DNA from: Octopus sinensis
Taxonomy: Eukaryota
NCBI RefSeq assembly: GCF_006345805.1
Contig: NC_043019.1
Coordinates: 10,043,360 to 10,107,359 of the forward strand
Direction: 5' to 3'
DNA length: 64,000 nt
Below the pieces are notes generated by a model that saw only the letters and a list, made by a program, of their open reading frames with translations, did not search any database and was not told the DNA's origin. Shown in pieces: positions 25,741-37,700 of this stretch; the stretch's first letter is position 1, and each line of letters starts with the position of its first letter. The translations under genes and the position numbers were made by a program.

Positions 25741-28700
25741 ATAAATATTAAGGAATAAATCCAAATTTACAGGGAAAAAATCAGATTTAGGATTAAATCC
25801 AATTTTATAGTAAAATATTATATAATATTAATTAGAGACAAAACCACTATTTTGCAAAACAAACAAGGAAAGACTTAATCAATACATAAAATTTTAATAA
25901 AAAGTAAAAAAAAACGCCACTACAATTGTTTCATGTCTTGATCGACAATCTTCAGGTGGATTTCCGATCTAAAATATCAATATTTTAAAATAAGTATAAA
26001 AAATAATTTTAAAATAATTAAAGTATCAATGAATATATAATCTATATATAACCTATATATAATCCATATATAATCAATATATAAACTAAAATAAACCTAT
26101 CAACAATTAAATATAAAACAAAATAAAAATAAACTATATATACACCCATACACATATAACTAATTATATATTACCATATCTAAATACATACACTAACTCA
26201 CACACCTATATATATATCCCTATACATACACATAAAAACGTCTAGGCAACGATAAATAAAATTTGGCTATTTTATTTATTTATCGCTGCCTAGACGTTTT
26301 TATGTGTATGTATAGGGATATATATATAGGTGTGTGAGTTAGTGTATGTATTTAGATATGGTAATATATAATTAGTTATATGTGTATGGGTGTATATATA
26401 GTTTATTTTTATTTTGTTTTATATTTAATTGTTGATAGGTTTATTTTAGTTTATATATTGATTATATATGGATTATATATAGGTTATATATAGATTATAT
26501 ATTCATTGATACTTTAATTATTTTAAAATTATTTTTTATACTTATATTTTAAAATATTGATATTTTAGATCGGAAATCCACCTGAAGATTGTCGATCAAG
26601 ACATGAAACAATTGTAGTGGCGTTTTTTTTACTTTTTATTAAAATTTTATGTATTGATTAAGTCTTTCCTTGTTTGTTTTGCAAAATAGTGGTTTTGTCT
26701 CTAATTAATATTATATATCTCTCTCTATATAAACGGCAGTTTGTCTGTGCGTGTTTCTGTGTGTCTGTTTTCTCGTACCCTCACCCTGACCACGGCTTTC
26801 AACCGATTCTGATGAAACTTGACACACACATAGCCCAATGTCATAATTCAAAACTAACGCAGCGAAAATTTTGAAAAGTTCCCCCAGTTCTGAAAAAAAT
26901 CGATAAATTCGACATGGGGTCGAGAATAAAAAAAAACAAACCACAGACTGTCTAGGGGACGCAACTCAACCTTTTATTACTCTCAAAAAAAAAATTTACC
27001 ATCATTTTTTTTCCATTTTTTGGCTATAACTCTCTAAAAATGCTTTATAGTTATTTCCCTTACAAACCTGAGCAACGCCGGGCGATACTGCTAGTATATA
27101 TATATAAGACCCATCAAGCCAAGTGAAATTGTAGTCGTGGCCGATACTGGCATCGAGTAGCTGGCAACCATGCCGGTGGCATGTAAAAAGCACTATTCGA
27201 GTGTTGAGCCTCATGGAGGCAATGTGGCCAAAGCCGGTGTCATGTAACTGGCTCGTAAAAAACACCATTCAAGCATTGGGCCTCATGGAGGCAATGTGGC
27301 TAATACTGGTGTCATGTAACTAGCACCCGTGCTGGTAGCACATAAAAGCACTCATTACACTCTCAGAGTAGTTGGCATTAGGAAGAGCATCCAGCTTTAG
27401 AAACCATACCAAATCAGACTGGAGTTCACCCCATACCAGCATGGACAATGGACGTTATATGATGATGATATATTATATATATATATACACACACACATAC
27501 ACACACATATATATAAGGTTTCTCGCAAAGTTTTTTCCTCACCAGCTTTTCATTAAAACCAATAACTTGTACATGGGCAAGGCATGAGTTGATATCATCA
27601 AATGTATAACATTTCTTCCAGGTAGACGGATGTACAGCATCACATACTGGAGGTGGTAGGGTTCTAGAAAAGCCAAAAAAGAAAAATTATCAGTTATGCT
27701 TGTTTTCATTTTGCCTTAAGTAGGCACTGATCAAGCAGGCATAAAATCAAGTGTTTCCATGACCATCCCATCAAGAGTCCATTTCCTCTTTCAAAATGAT
27801 GATTATAATATCTGATATAATTTTACATTAAAATCTAAGCAGATAATTCATGAAGTTAATCCTCTTCAAAAGCACACTCCACATCTCCCTATTTCTTATC
27901 TATTTACAATTCTATCATACTGTTGCTATCCACCTCTTCCTCTTTACCTACCACAATCCTTCCTTACTCATTGCTACTTTTTTTTTAATAAACCCCCTCC
28001 AAACTGAGATTCATCACTGACCATACCTCCACCAATGTTCACCATTCGATGCATTCACCTCTAACCCCATCTCTAACCATCTGTCACTCTCCTTTCATGC
28101 TCTCCTGAACCCAACCCCATCTACCCATTCTCTGTTCCTGTTCTCTCTTTCTCCACCTTCTTGAACTTGTGGGTTTGCCCTGACACCTCATCTCCACCAT
28201 CTTTTGTGGTAACCAAGTCTCTCCTGTACAGGAAGACACCTGTCTCTGTCTTTCTATCCACAAATCTATAACCTTCAATATTGTATCCCCCACCCCATTC
28301 AGCTGAAAGCTTCTTGTCCTGCCAGTTACCTCAGACTTCACTAGTGCTGGTGCCACAAGAGAAGCATCCAGCACACTGCAAAGCAACTGCTACTAGAAAG
28401 GCATTCAGCCATAGAAACCATGCTAAAGCAGACATTACAGTCCCCTTCTCTCTCCCTCTCACTCTTTCATGTGCCTCCTTTATAGCAAGACACTGGTTTC
28501 TGCCTCTCTATTTCTCTGCTACACTCTAACCTTTCAACATCTGACACAAGATGCCCTCACTCCTCTCAAAATATCTTGTCTTGCAAGTTACTTGGTGACC
28601 CTGTCAGTGATGGTGCCATGTAAATAGTATGCAATTCACACTGTAAAGTGGTTGGCATTTGGAAGGGCATCCAACTGTAAAAATCATGTCAAAACTGACC

Positions 28701-31700
28701 TTGCCTGTGCTAGTGCCACATTAAACACACTGAGTCCACTCTGTGGAGTGGTTGGTGTTAGGCGGGGCATCCAGCTGTAAAAAACCCTGCCAAAACAGAC
28801 AGAGTAGCCTGGGGTAGTCTTCAACCAGACTGGCTCCTGTCAACCATCCTACCCATGCATGCATGAAAGACAGATGTTAAATGATGACAATGATGATGAT
28901 GATGATATATATATGTTTGTATTATACCTTTATTACTGGATAAAGATGTGAATGCCAGAACAGATCAAAAATATGGTTCTATCAGAAAACTGAAAAAACA
29001 ATTGAAATTTTGGTGGTGCTTTTATCCTTTCAAATGCTAAGCTTATAGTCCTCCCCAGATGGATGCTATTTCACAACAGCTTGTTAGCATTCAGCTAACT
29101 AGACAATCGCATGCAAGTAATATCCATCAATTTGCAGTCAAATCAACTCCGGTATTCAATTGGTTCTATTTCACTTATCCTCATTGTAAAATGAAAGACA
29201 AAATTGATATCGGTTCAAGTTGAACACATAATAGGGTAACTAAATACTTTTAAGGCTCTTCTAAGAGCAGTATATTCCTTTAGTTTTCTAATCATTAATT
29301 CTATTATTCCAACTGAGTTATTATAAAATGATGAATAAGATTTACTTAATAATGTCTTCAGATTTCCATTTGGCAGAAACCTTTGATTTAGAAAAACGTT
29401 CAACATAGGTCACCAACTCTTCCATATATTGTCTATGGGGGGAAAAAAAGAGAAAATATCAGAAATAAATATTATATTACTGAAATGTAATTTTGAAGAA
29501 GGCAAAAAATAATATTCATAAAATCCTACCATAATGTTGTAAACAAGACATTAGAAACCCAACATTTCTCTCATCTACTAATAGGAAAAAAACTTACATG
29601 CATTTTGTGGTCTTATTTCTATTGAAGTAGTGTGTCTATTTGTTTCAGTTAATATGATAAACTATGAATATATTTGTTTGTTTCACCCTTTCCCTTCACA
29701 CTAGTCTCAAAGGTTTTGTAAAAAATCACAGGTGACACCTGACAAAGCCATAACCATATGATAGGTTAAAATTGCCGAAATGCAAGAAATTAAAGACGAA
29801 ATATCTTACAAACTATAGAATTTTCTCAATAAAGCCAAGAAAAAATGATGTTTTATAAATACATTCTACCAGTATACGAAGTTTAAAAGTGTTTAGTTAA
29901 CTAGAAATTGTGTTGAAAAGTGCCGTTGAAAAAGAAAAGATCCGGAATCGGCAAACTGAAGACTTGATCATAATGTTTGCAACAGAGTGGACTCCGTTAA
30001 AAGTAAGCAAGGTGCCACATGGCAATGCTAAATAAGTCTACTAATGCAGTATTACCAAGTAAACCACAGCAGGATTAGAACTCGGAATGCAAAGAACCAG
30101 AACAAATGCCATAAAGCATCTGGTCTGCCATTCTACTGCCAAGGATTGGTACTTTTTCAAACCAAAATGATCTTACGTCTCTCAAAAATCCTCCAATATA
30201 ATAAGGTTGTGTAACTTGATTTTTATGATTCAATATTTGTAAAAATTATCCAATTTGTAATCAAGCAGGAAATAAAGGTAAAAACACCCAGAAATGAAAT
30301 ATGTGTGCAATGCACAAGAAGAAAAAAGAAAAGTGAAGTTGGTACCTTCCGATCTGTACAGTTGGGTCGGTAGCATAAACAACACCCTTGAAACCAGAAT
30401 ATTCTGTGATGTAAGGAAGAGCCAACATACAAGTGTAGTTAGAGATGAGGATAACATCAACCTGTGACAAATTAACCATACGAGTCTGAAAATTAGAGAA
30501 ATCAAATATCAAAATTACAATCATCACCAATCAACACCATTAATTCTTTAATATCCAGGGGAGGAGTTTCAATTTAAATGGATTAGAGGAGTCTCCTACA
30601 CAATATCCCAGCATTTAGTTGAACTTTTTGTGTCTCATTTCATTTAAATTGCAACCATTTATCATTTCAAAAATGAGTAATCTGTTTATAGTTAACATAA
30701 CTCACAGAAAGCAAAGGCAATACATAAAGAGGTAATTTTCATGTAATGTGTTCAGAGCAGAAGTTCCCAGCTATGTACCATCATCGCCGAATTTTTTAAA
30801 TCGATCTACTTCCAGTTTTTTTTCTTTTTTCTAATATTTGGATAATTAAAATAAATCTATTCCAATAAAAGCATACTTAAAAAGGCTTCATATAATTTTG
30901 AAAGTTCTCTGGAGAAAATATCCCTCAGTTGTTGTTTGTAGTAAATGTATTGATGTAATGTATTGTGACATTTATTATGTTTATTGTCAGTTGTGTAACA
31001 TATTCATGAACATTTTTGATTCGATCAAATATTTAAAACCTAAAAAAATTGGTCTTTGCAACCCTTTCAGAATTTAAGAAGAAACCAATTTTGGTTACAA
31101 CCCACAGATTGAGAATATTAATCTCAGGCAACCAATTTGGCAGAGACCCACTCCTAGCATTTGAACTTAGCTTCTTCTGCTGACTTGCGTCACACAGGAT
31201 GATGAGCAAGTCATGCTTCCCTTTAATTATAAGATTTGACTGTTGCAGTTCTTATCATGATGGTCTTTCTAAGTTAATAATGAAGGACCCGTCAAGTATC
31301 TCAAGCTTTTCCAAGCAAGAGACTGCGGTTGAGAATCCTGAAGAAATCTTCTTGGTGTAAGTCTTTAAAGGCAGTTGAAGATGTAAACTCTAACAGCCTT
31401 AATATTCAGGTGAGATGCAATACTCCTACTCCAAGTGTTATTTGCTTTGAAAGAAACAATGGAACAATTCCACGGAAGTCCTATCATCATGTCATCAACA
31501 AAAGAAGAAACTCAATACTCGGGATAGACATGCTCTTCCCAGGAATAGTGTTTGTTGGGTTTCTTACCATCATCTGTCCTTAAAGTAGAAGCAACACTAA
31601 CAAGATTCATGCGGAATTCTCAGTTGTAGTCTCTTGCTTGAAGTAGCCCCAAAACAATGAAAGTTAAGTTGACCTTAGAAGTGAAGTAAACTTCCGTAAT

Positions 31701-34700
31701 GAAATAATACCAGGCTGTATTGTCTGAAGGTCTACTAATTCTGCCAATTCACTGCCTATTAACCTAAAAATATCTTCCATTCATTTTATACTTTTTTAAT
31801 ACCCTTCATATCAAAGGATCAATCAAATATTTCTTTTCTGTTTTATATAACTAAATATGGACTGATGTTTTAAAATAATAATTCTTTTATTTTCAGAGAA
31901 AATAACTTCAAATGAAAAAAAAAGGCATTGGAGGTGTGATGTGTATCCTGTGTGCACACAAGGATAAAATAAAATTTAATTCAATATATTCTCATACGAA
32001 TTCATATTTCAACAAAATGACATCAACAGTTATATATCCTCTGCATATTGCTTATGCATATGTAAACAAAGAAAAAAAGACATTTTGATTCAGCCGTCTG
32101 CCAGTTTTGAAAATAATCAAACCAAAATCAATAAGTTCAAGCCACTCAACCAATGAATATTTCTGCCAGATTTGGTGAAAATCCATTCAGCCCTTTCCCA
32201 GTAATATTGCAAACCCACAGATAAAGACGAGCGGCTATAATACCCTACGTTCAGGGTAATTAGCTATTTAAGTTATATTTCAATATTGTTCGTTAGCATG
32301 CTTCTAAATGAACCTTTTTAACTTAGCATCACAAGTGCATAAAAATTATAACCATTGCAGTTTGTGAGGGAACAGAAATAATAATTCAAGGATATAAATA
32401 ATATAATACAAATATTAGTTTTATAAATAGATATCATATTTATAAAAAAAGATATCTCAACTAAAGTATATAACAAATCACTTTTAAAGTGCAATGTTAG
32501 TGAGTTTAATAAATTAAAAAAACAAGACTATTTCTACACAATCAAATTAATTACCTCTGGAGGTAGAAATTCCAAAGTGCCATCCACAAATACACGACCA
32601 CCACATTCCTTTAGTTCTTTACTCTGGAAGAAGGAAAAAATTTTTAGAGGAAAGATATCATTTACATAGGATTAGAATTCATAGCTAATAAAGGAAAACT
32701 TTAATAAAATTTGAGAATTCATCACTTTAAAAACATTCTTTATACTCGAGTGCCTTTGTTGTTGTCGCCAGCACCTTTGTTCTTTGGTTGACATTCTGCC
32801 ACTTATCCTGACTCATCCCCTGTAGTCCAGTATCCTGAAATCAACTTTTGCCAGTTTTCCTCATGGCTTCCTTTTCCCCTGATTACTTCAAAGATCACGT
32901 AGCAATCCTCTAACCATCCAACTTAGTGCAGTCTTCTCCCTTGTTCACAATCTCTGATTTCTCTGGTTACCAGTTTTTACTGCTCATGCATGCAAACATA
33001 ACACATCCAGCAATGCAAGTTCACCTCATTTTTTGCACATCTTCCAAATCCAATACTCATTTTTGGCTAATATTTACTTTCATTTACATAATTAACAATA
33101 TTAGGTTATAAAGAAAAAAAGTATAATCAAGTATAAAACTAAAGCATGGTGATCTAAATATGTTCTGAAAAAGAAAAGAAATAAATAATTGGAAACATAT
33201 TCGTTCATTTTCTGACTTACCACATCCCTTTGTAACTGTGTTGGTTGGTTGTTTGGAGGAGTCCAGTTGGGTAAGTTATCAAACTTAGAACTGAAAAGAA
33301 ATTTGAAAAATAACGGATTTCCATTGAAGACTGAAAGACATTATAATATTGTTATGGCAAGAATCATGACATCCCCTGTGAGAATGGACTAGCTGAACTT
33401 GTGTAAATAGTAGCATGTTTGACTGAGCGTGAGAAATGAGAAATTGCAGGAAGTTAAAAAGTGTCGTTTGTGAGTTTGTAGAGTCACAGGATATTGTTGA
33501 GAAGTTGTTATAGTTTGTTGAGAGTTGTTTTGGATTGGTTTCAGTTGTTGGCAAGGTATTTGGGAATACATCAAAAGTGACAGTTGGTGTCTACCTCATT
33601 ACATGGTACCATATATCACACTGTTATAGTGTAGAATACAAAAGTGACATACAGTAATCACATTACAAAAAATAAGCACAACCGAACGTGGGGGTGTAAC
33701 CGGGTCACTTATGAGTACCCCTCATTCATTGGACAATGAACTTTGCTTGCAAAGACCTATTGAGGCAAGTGAAAACCAACCAAAATCGCTGACGTGGCCG
33801 ATGACAGTACCACCTGATTGGCACTCCTGCCAGTGGAACATTAAAAGCACATCCAAGTGTGATCGTTGGATTGGCTCCTGTGCTGGTGGCACATGAAAAA
33901 CAACATTCGAGTGTGGTCGTTGTCCATGTCACTGCACTGGCTCCCATACAGGTAGCATGTAAAAACACCTTTTGAGCATGGGTGCGGTCGTTGCCAGAAC
34001 CGCCTGACTGGCCCTCGTGCCGGTGGCACATAAAAAGCACCCACTACACTCTTGGAGTGGTTGGCATTAGGAAGGGCATCCAGCTGTAGAAACTCTGCCA
34101 GACCAGATTGAGCCTGGTGCAGCCTCTGTCAAACTGTCCAACACATGCCAGCATGGAAAGCAGACGTTAAACGATGATGATGATGATACAAGATATAAAT
34201 GGTTTCATCTAATGCCCAGTTTAATACTACCACCTGGCACCTGGAGAGTCTTTAACTGAATTCACTTTTGCAAACATCTGAGTAAGATTTCTGGTTGGAG
34301 GATTATTTTTACCCTCTCTTTTACTCATCTCAGAAATCCAGTGTGAATGTGAGAACATTATGGTCAATTCAACTGATCCGTGTAGGAAAGGTGCAGCCAG
34401 AGGGTAGGTGTCCTTAGAGGTAAAAAAATCCAATGGAGAGGTAGTGTCCGTCAAGGAAAAGTAAGAGTTGGTAGTGGTAGAATATAGGATCAAAGTGAGA
34501 CCACATGAGCGCGTGATATATAACGGGAAAGTTTACGAAAATAAACAAAAGACGAAGGCAGGTGGAGTAGAGACAAACAAATGTATTAGTATAGCGCTCA
34601 GCAATAGAAATAGAAAAAGTCTTTTATGTTTCGAGCCTACGCTCTTCGACAGAAAGATACAGAAAAAAAACAAGGAGAGAAAAAAATGTGTGTAGGAGCC

Positions 34701-37700
34701 AACGATCGATCATGGCGCTATACTAATACATTTGTTTGTTTGTACTCCACCTGCCTTCGTCTTTTGTTTATTTTCGTAAACTTTCCTCTTATATATATCA
34801 ACATATGTTACAGATATGATGTCAGAGAAAATCTATTTGAGGTTAATGTGAAGTAAATAGATGTACAGTTCTGCTCTCATATGAATAAAACAGCTAAATA
34901 AGAAGAGGGATGGAAGGTGAAGGTGAAGAAGGCATGAGAATGACAGATTGGATACAGAGGCAAGGCCCAGTGTTCATATAAACACAATGTTTTTAGAACC
35001 TCCCTTTCCTTGTGATGGAGGAGGCCTCTCAAGCATAGTAGATTAGCAACCATATCAACCTTTTGTCATTTCCTTCACAAGGCTCAACAATCTGAGGTTA
35101 GTTTTCACTTCTTTGTCCCACATCTTTCCGGGTTTTCCTTTTCCACAGGTTCCATCCACATTCAGCAATCAGTAATTATTTATGCAGCTGTCCTCATCTA
35201 TACACATCACATGGCCATACCATCAGACTGCTCTCTTGTACAATACATCTGATTCCCTTTATGCCCAGTTTTTCTCAGATAAAGATGCTGTACACATACA
35301 CAAGACTTGTAATAAATAAATCACTATCATTTAATGTTCCATGTGGACATGGGTTGGATGCTTTGATGGGGGGTCCAAGAGGTCCAAAGACTGCATTATG
35401 TTCCAGTGTCAGCTTTGACATGGTTTCTACGGCTGGATTGCCCTTCCTAATACCAACCACTTTACAGAGTCTACTGGATGCTCTTCTTTCATGCCTCCAA
35501 AACAAGTGAGGTCACCATGCAGCTTGTAAGACTATGAGACTCAAAGGAGTTGGGGAGCTTTATGCTCAGCAATGAGGGGGGCAAAGAAGATTTCTTAGTG
35601 TAGAGGAGTTACATGAGCATTCATATTTAGTAGGGAGGGTGAGAAGGACCAGGTGGAACTGGAAAGAAATTATGGTGGTGATGGACCCTTCAAGGTGCAT
35701 GGTGGGTAGGCATGAGTGGGAATAGAGGAATTAGGAGTGTAAGTAGATGGGGGTTGCAAGAGTACACAAGGGAGTGAGAGATGGGGAGAAAGAGAAAGGG
35801 GAAAGGAAACATGCAGCAACTATAAAGACTGGGTAGAGTGAAGGGTGGATGTAGTGAAGAGTAGATCAATGGAGAGTGGGTGACTAATGTTGCATGAGTT
35901 GAGAGAAGTAGGCATTGCAGAAGAAAGCAAGGGAAAGTGGCAAGATAGTAATGACAATACAGTAGACAGGGGAAAGATGAGAGAGATGTTATGTGGTTGG
36001 GTAGATGGCAGTAGGGGTGAGGGAGAAAAGAGGCAAGCATAGCACCTGAGAAGAGTGAGAAACACATGATGATAGGAGAGGAGAGATGATTTAGTGGCTC
36101 AGTGTGTGAGTGATTGATGTAAAATATGGATGGAGAGAAGAGTATTAATGGAACATATGTATATATCACCATCCCCTTCCTTAATTGGAAAAAGTGAGGG
36201 TTGGTGACAGGAAGGGCATCTAGCTGTACAAAATACAACTCAATAAATTCTGTCTGATCCATGCAAGCAGGGAAAAACTGATGATGAGGAGGATGATAAC
36301 ATCTATATATAATGTTGCGTAGGTGAATAGAAGGACTGAATGCAGTTCCCACAATTCCAATATCATCCTCTTATACTACACTTTGGTATAGTACTAATAA
36401 TGTTGCTTTGAAGACATTGGCAATACACATGACATAGTTCTTTTTAATTTAAGCTACAATTTTATATTTATGGAGATATACTTGCATAGCAAGTGACTTG
36501 ATCAGAGATCGTGTGCTGAAACAAAAACAAATGCAGCGTGGACGGTGTTTATAATAATATAATAATAATAATAATAATAATGAAATTATTGTATACAGTG
36601 CTCAGGTGCACCACAACTTGTAAGAGTATGTGCAGTAATGTACAAATGTCTGGAAAGCGAACAATGCATGAGTCAGATACATGCTTGTGTGTGTATGGAG
36701 GGGAGAAAATCAGGTGTAGTGTTGGCGAATCTCAGGAAGCATGGAAGTTTTGAGGATGCAGTGTTCCGACAACTAACAACTGATGCCGGCAGTTTGTTCC
36801 ATGCTTCAACAACTCTCAGCGTGAAAAAATGTTTCCGAAAGTCATGGGAACTGTGCTGTTTTCATCCACGGGTGTTAGATGGGTGGTGTTTGAAAAGGTG
36901 CTCAGAGTTATTGTTTGTACGATGGTTGATAATTTTATGGGTGTCTGCCAAGTCAGCTGTCAGACGTTGGAGTTTCAATGTGTCCATGCCCAGGGAAGTA
37001 AGGCATTCAGGATATGGCAAATACCTGATGGAGGGTATTCTTTTGGTTGCACGTCGCTGAACAGCTTCCAGACGATTGATATCCTGGGCAAGATAGGGGT
37101 TCCAGACTGGTGATGCAAATTCCAGGTGAGGTCTTACCATAGCTATATAAAGCCGCAGATAGATAGTCGGAGAGTGGCTCACAAAGGATTTGGTGAGTGA
37201 TGCCAAGATACCCTCAGCCTTCTTGACAATTTTAGCGATGTGTTTTGTCCAACGCAAATCACTGTCGACAATAACACCTAGGTCACGTTCACATGAAGAC
37301 TTTTTGAGACTAGTGTTGTGGAGGGAGTAGGTGGACGCTGGGTTTCTCCTCCCAAAATGCATGGTGGTACATTTGTCCACAGCCAGCTTGAGTTGCCAGT
37401 CCATGATCCACTGCTGCATTGTGTCCAGGTCTGCTTGCAATAGAGATCTATAGTGTACAGGATTTGACCTCTTTATTTCGAGGTACAGCTTGATGTCATC
37501 TGCATATTTCAGCACTGTGGCATTCTTTAAGTTGGCATCTATGTCATTAACATATGCAACAAATAAAAGGGGGCCAAGAACAGATCCCTGTGGTACACCA
37601 GATGTCATCTCATAGATCGAAGAGTGCTGTCCTAGAACTGTGACAATCTCTTTTCGGCCGAAAATAAAGGACTTCAACCACTTATAGAGTTCATCTCTTA

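Larger units (their letters stand above)
25700..26717. mobile_element. Penelope-like element remnant: head-to-head inverted pseudo-LTRs in a (TA)n tract
   Basis: Arms 25819-26262 and 26269-26717 about 99% complementary, each with a type I hammerhead motif, flanked by (TA)n; no ORF retained. PLE assignment inferred from this architecture. Confidence 0.75.

Noticed and set aside
30340-30350. Non-consensus donors (GTACCA at exon 5, GTCTGT at exon 10) as U12-type introns
   Set aside because: Neither matches the U12 donor RTATCCTT; treated as weak U2 donors.
35690-36352. 220-aa ORF on the minus strand
   Set aside because: Low-complexity translation of a purine-rich tract (L/S/P/F-rich) with no recognisable domain.
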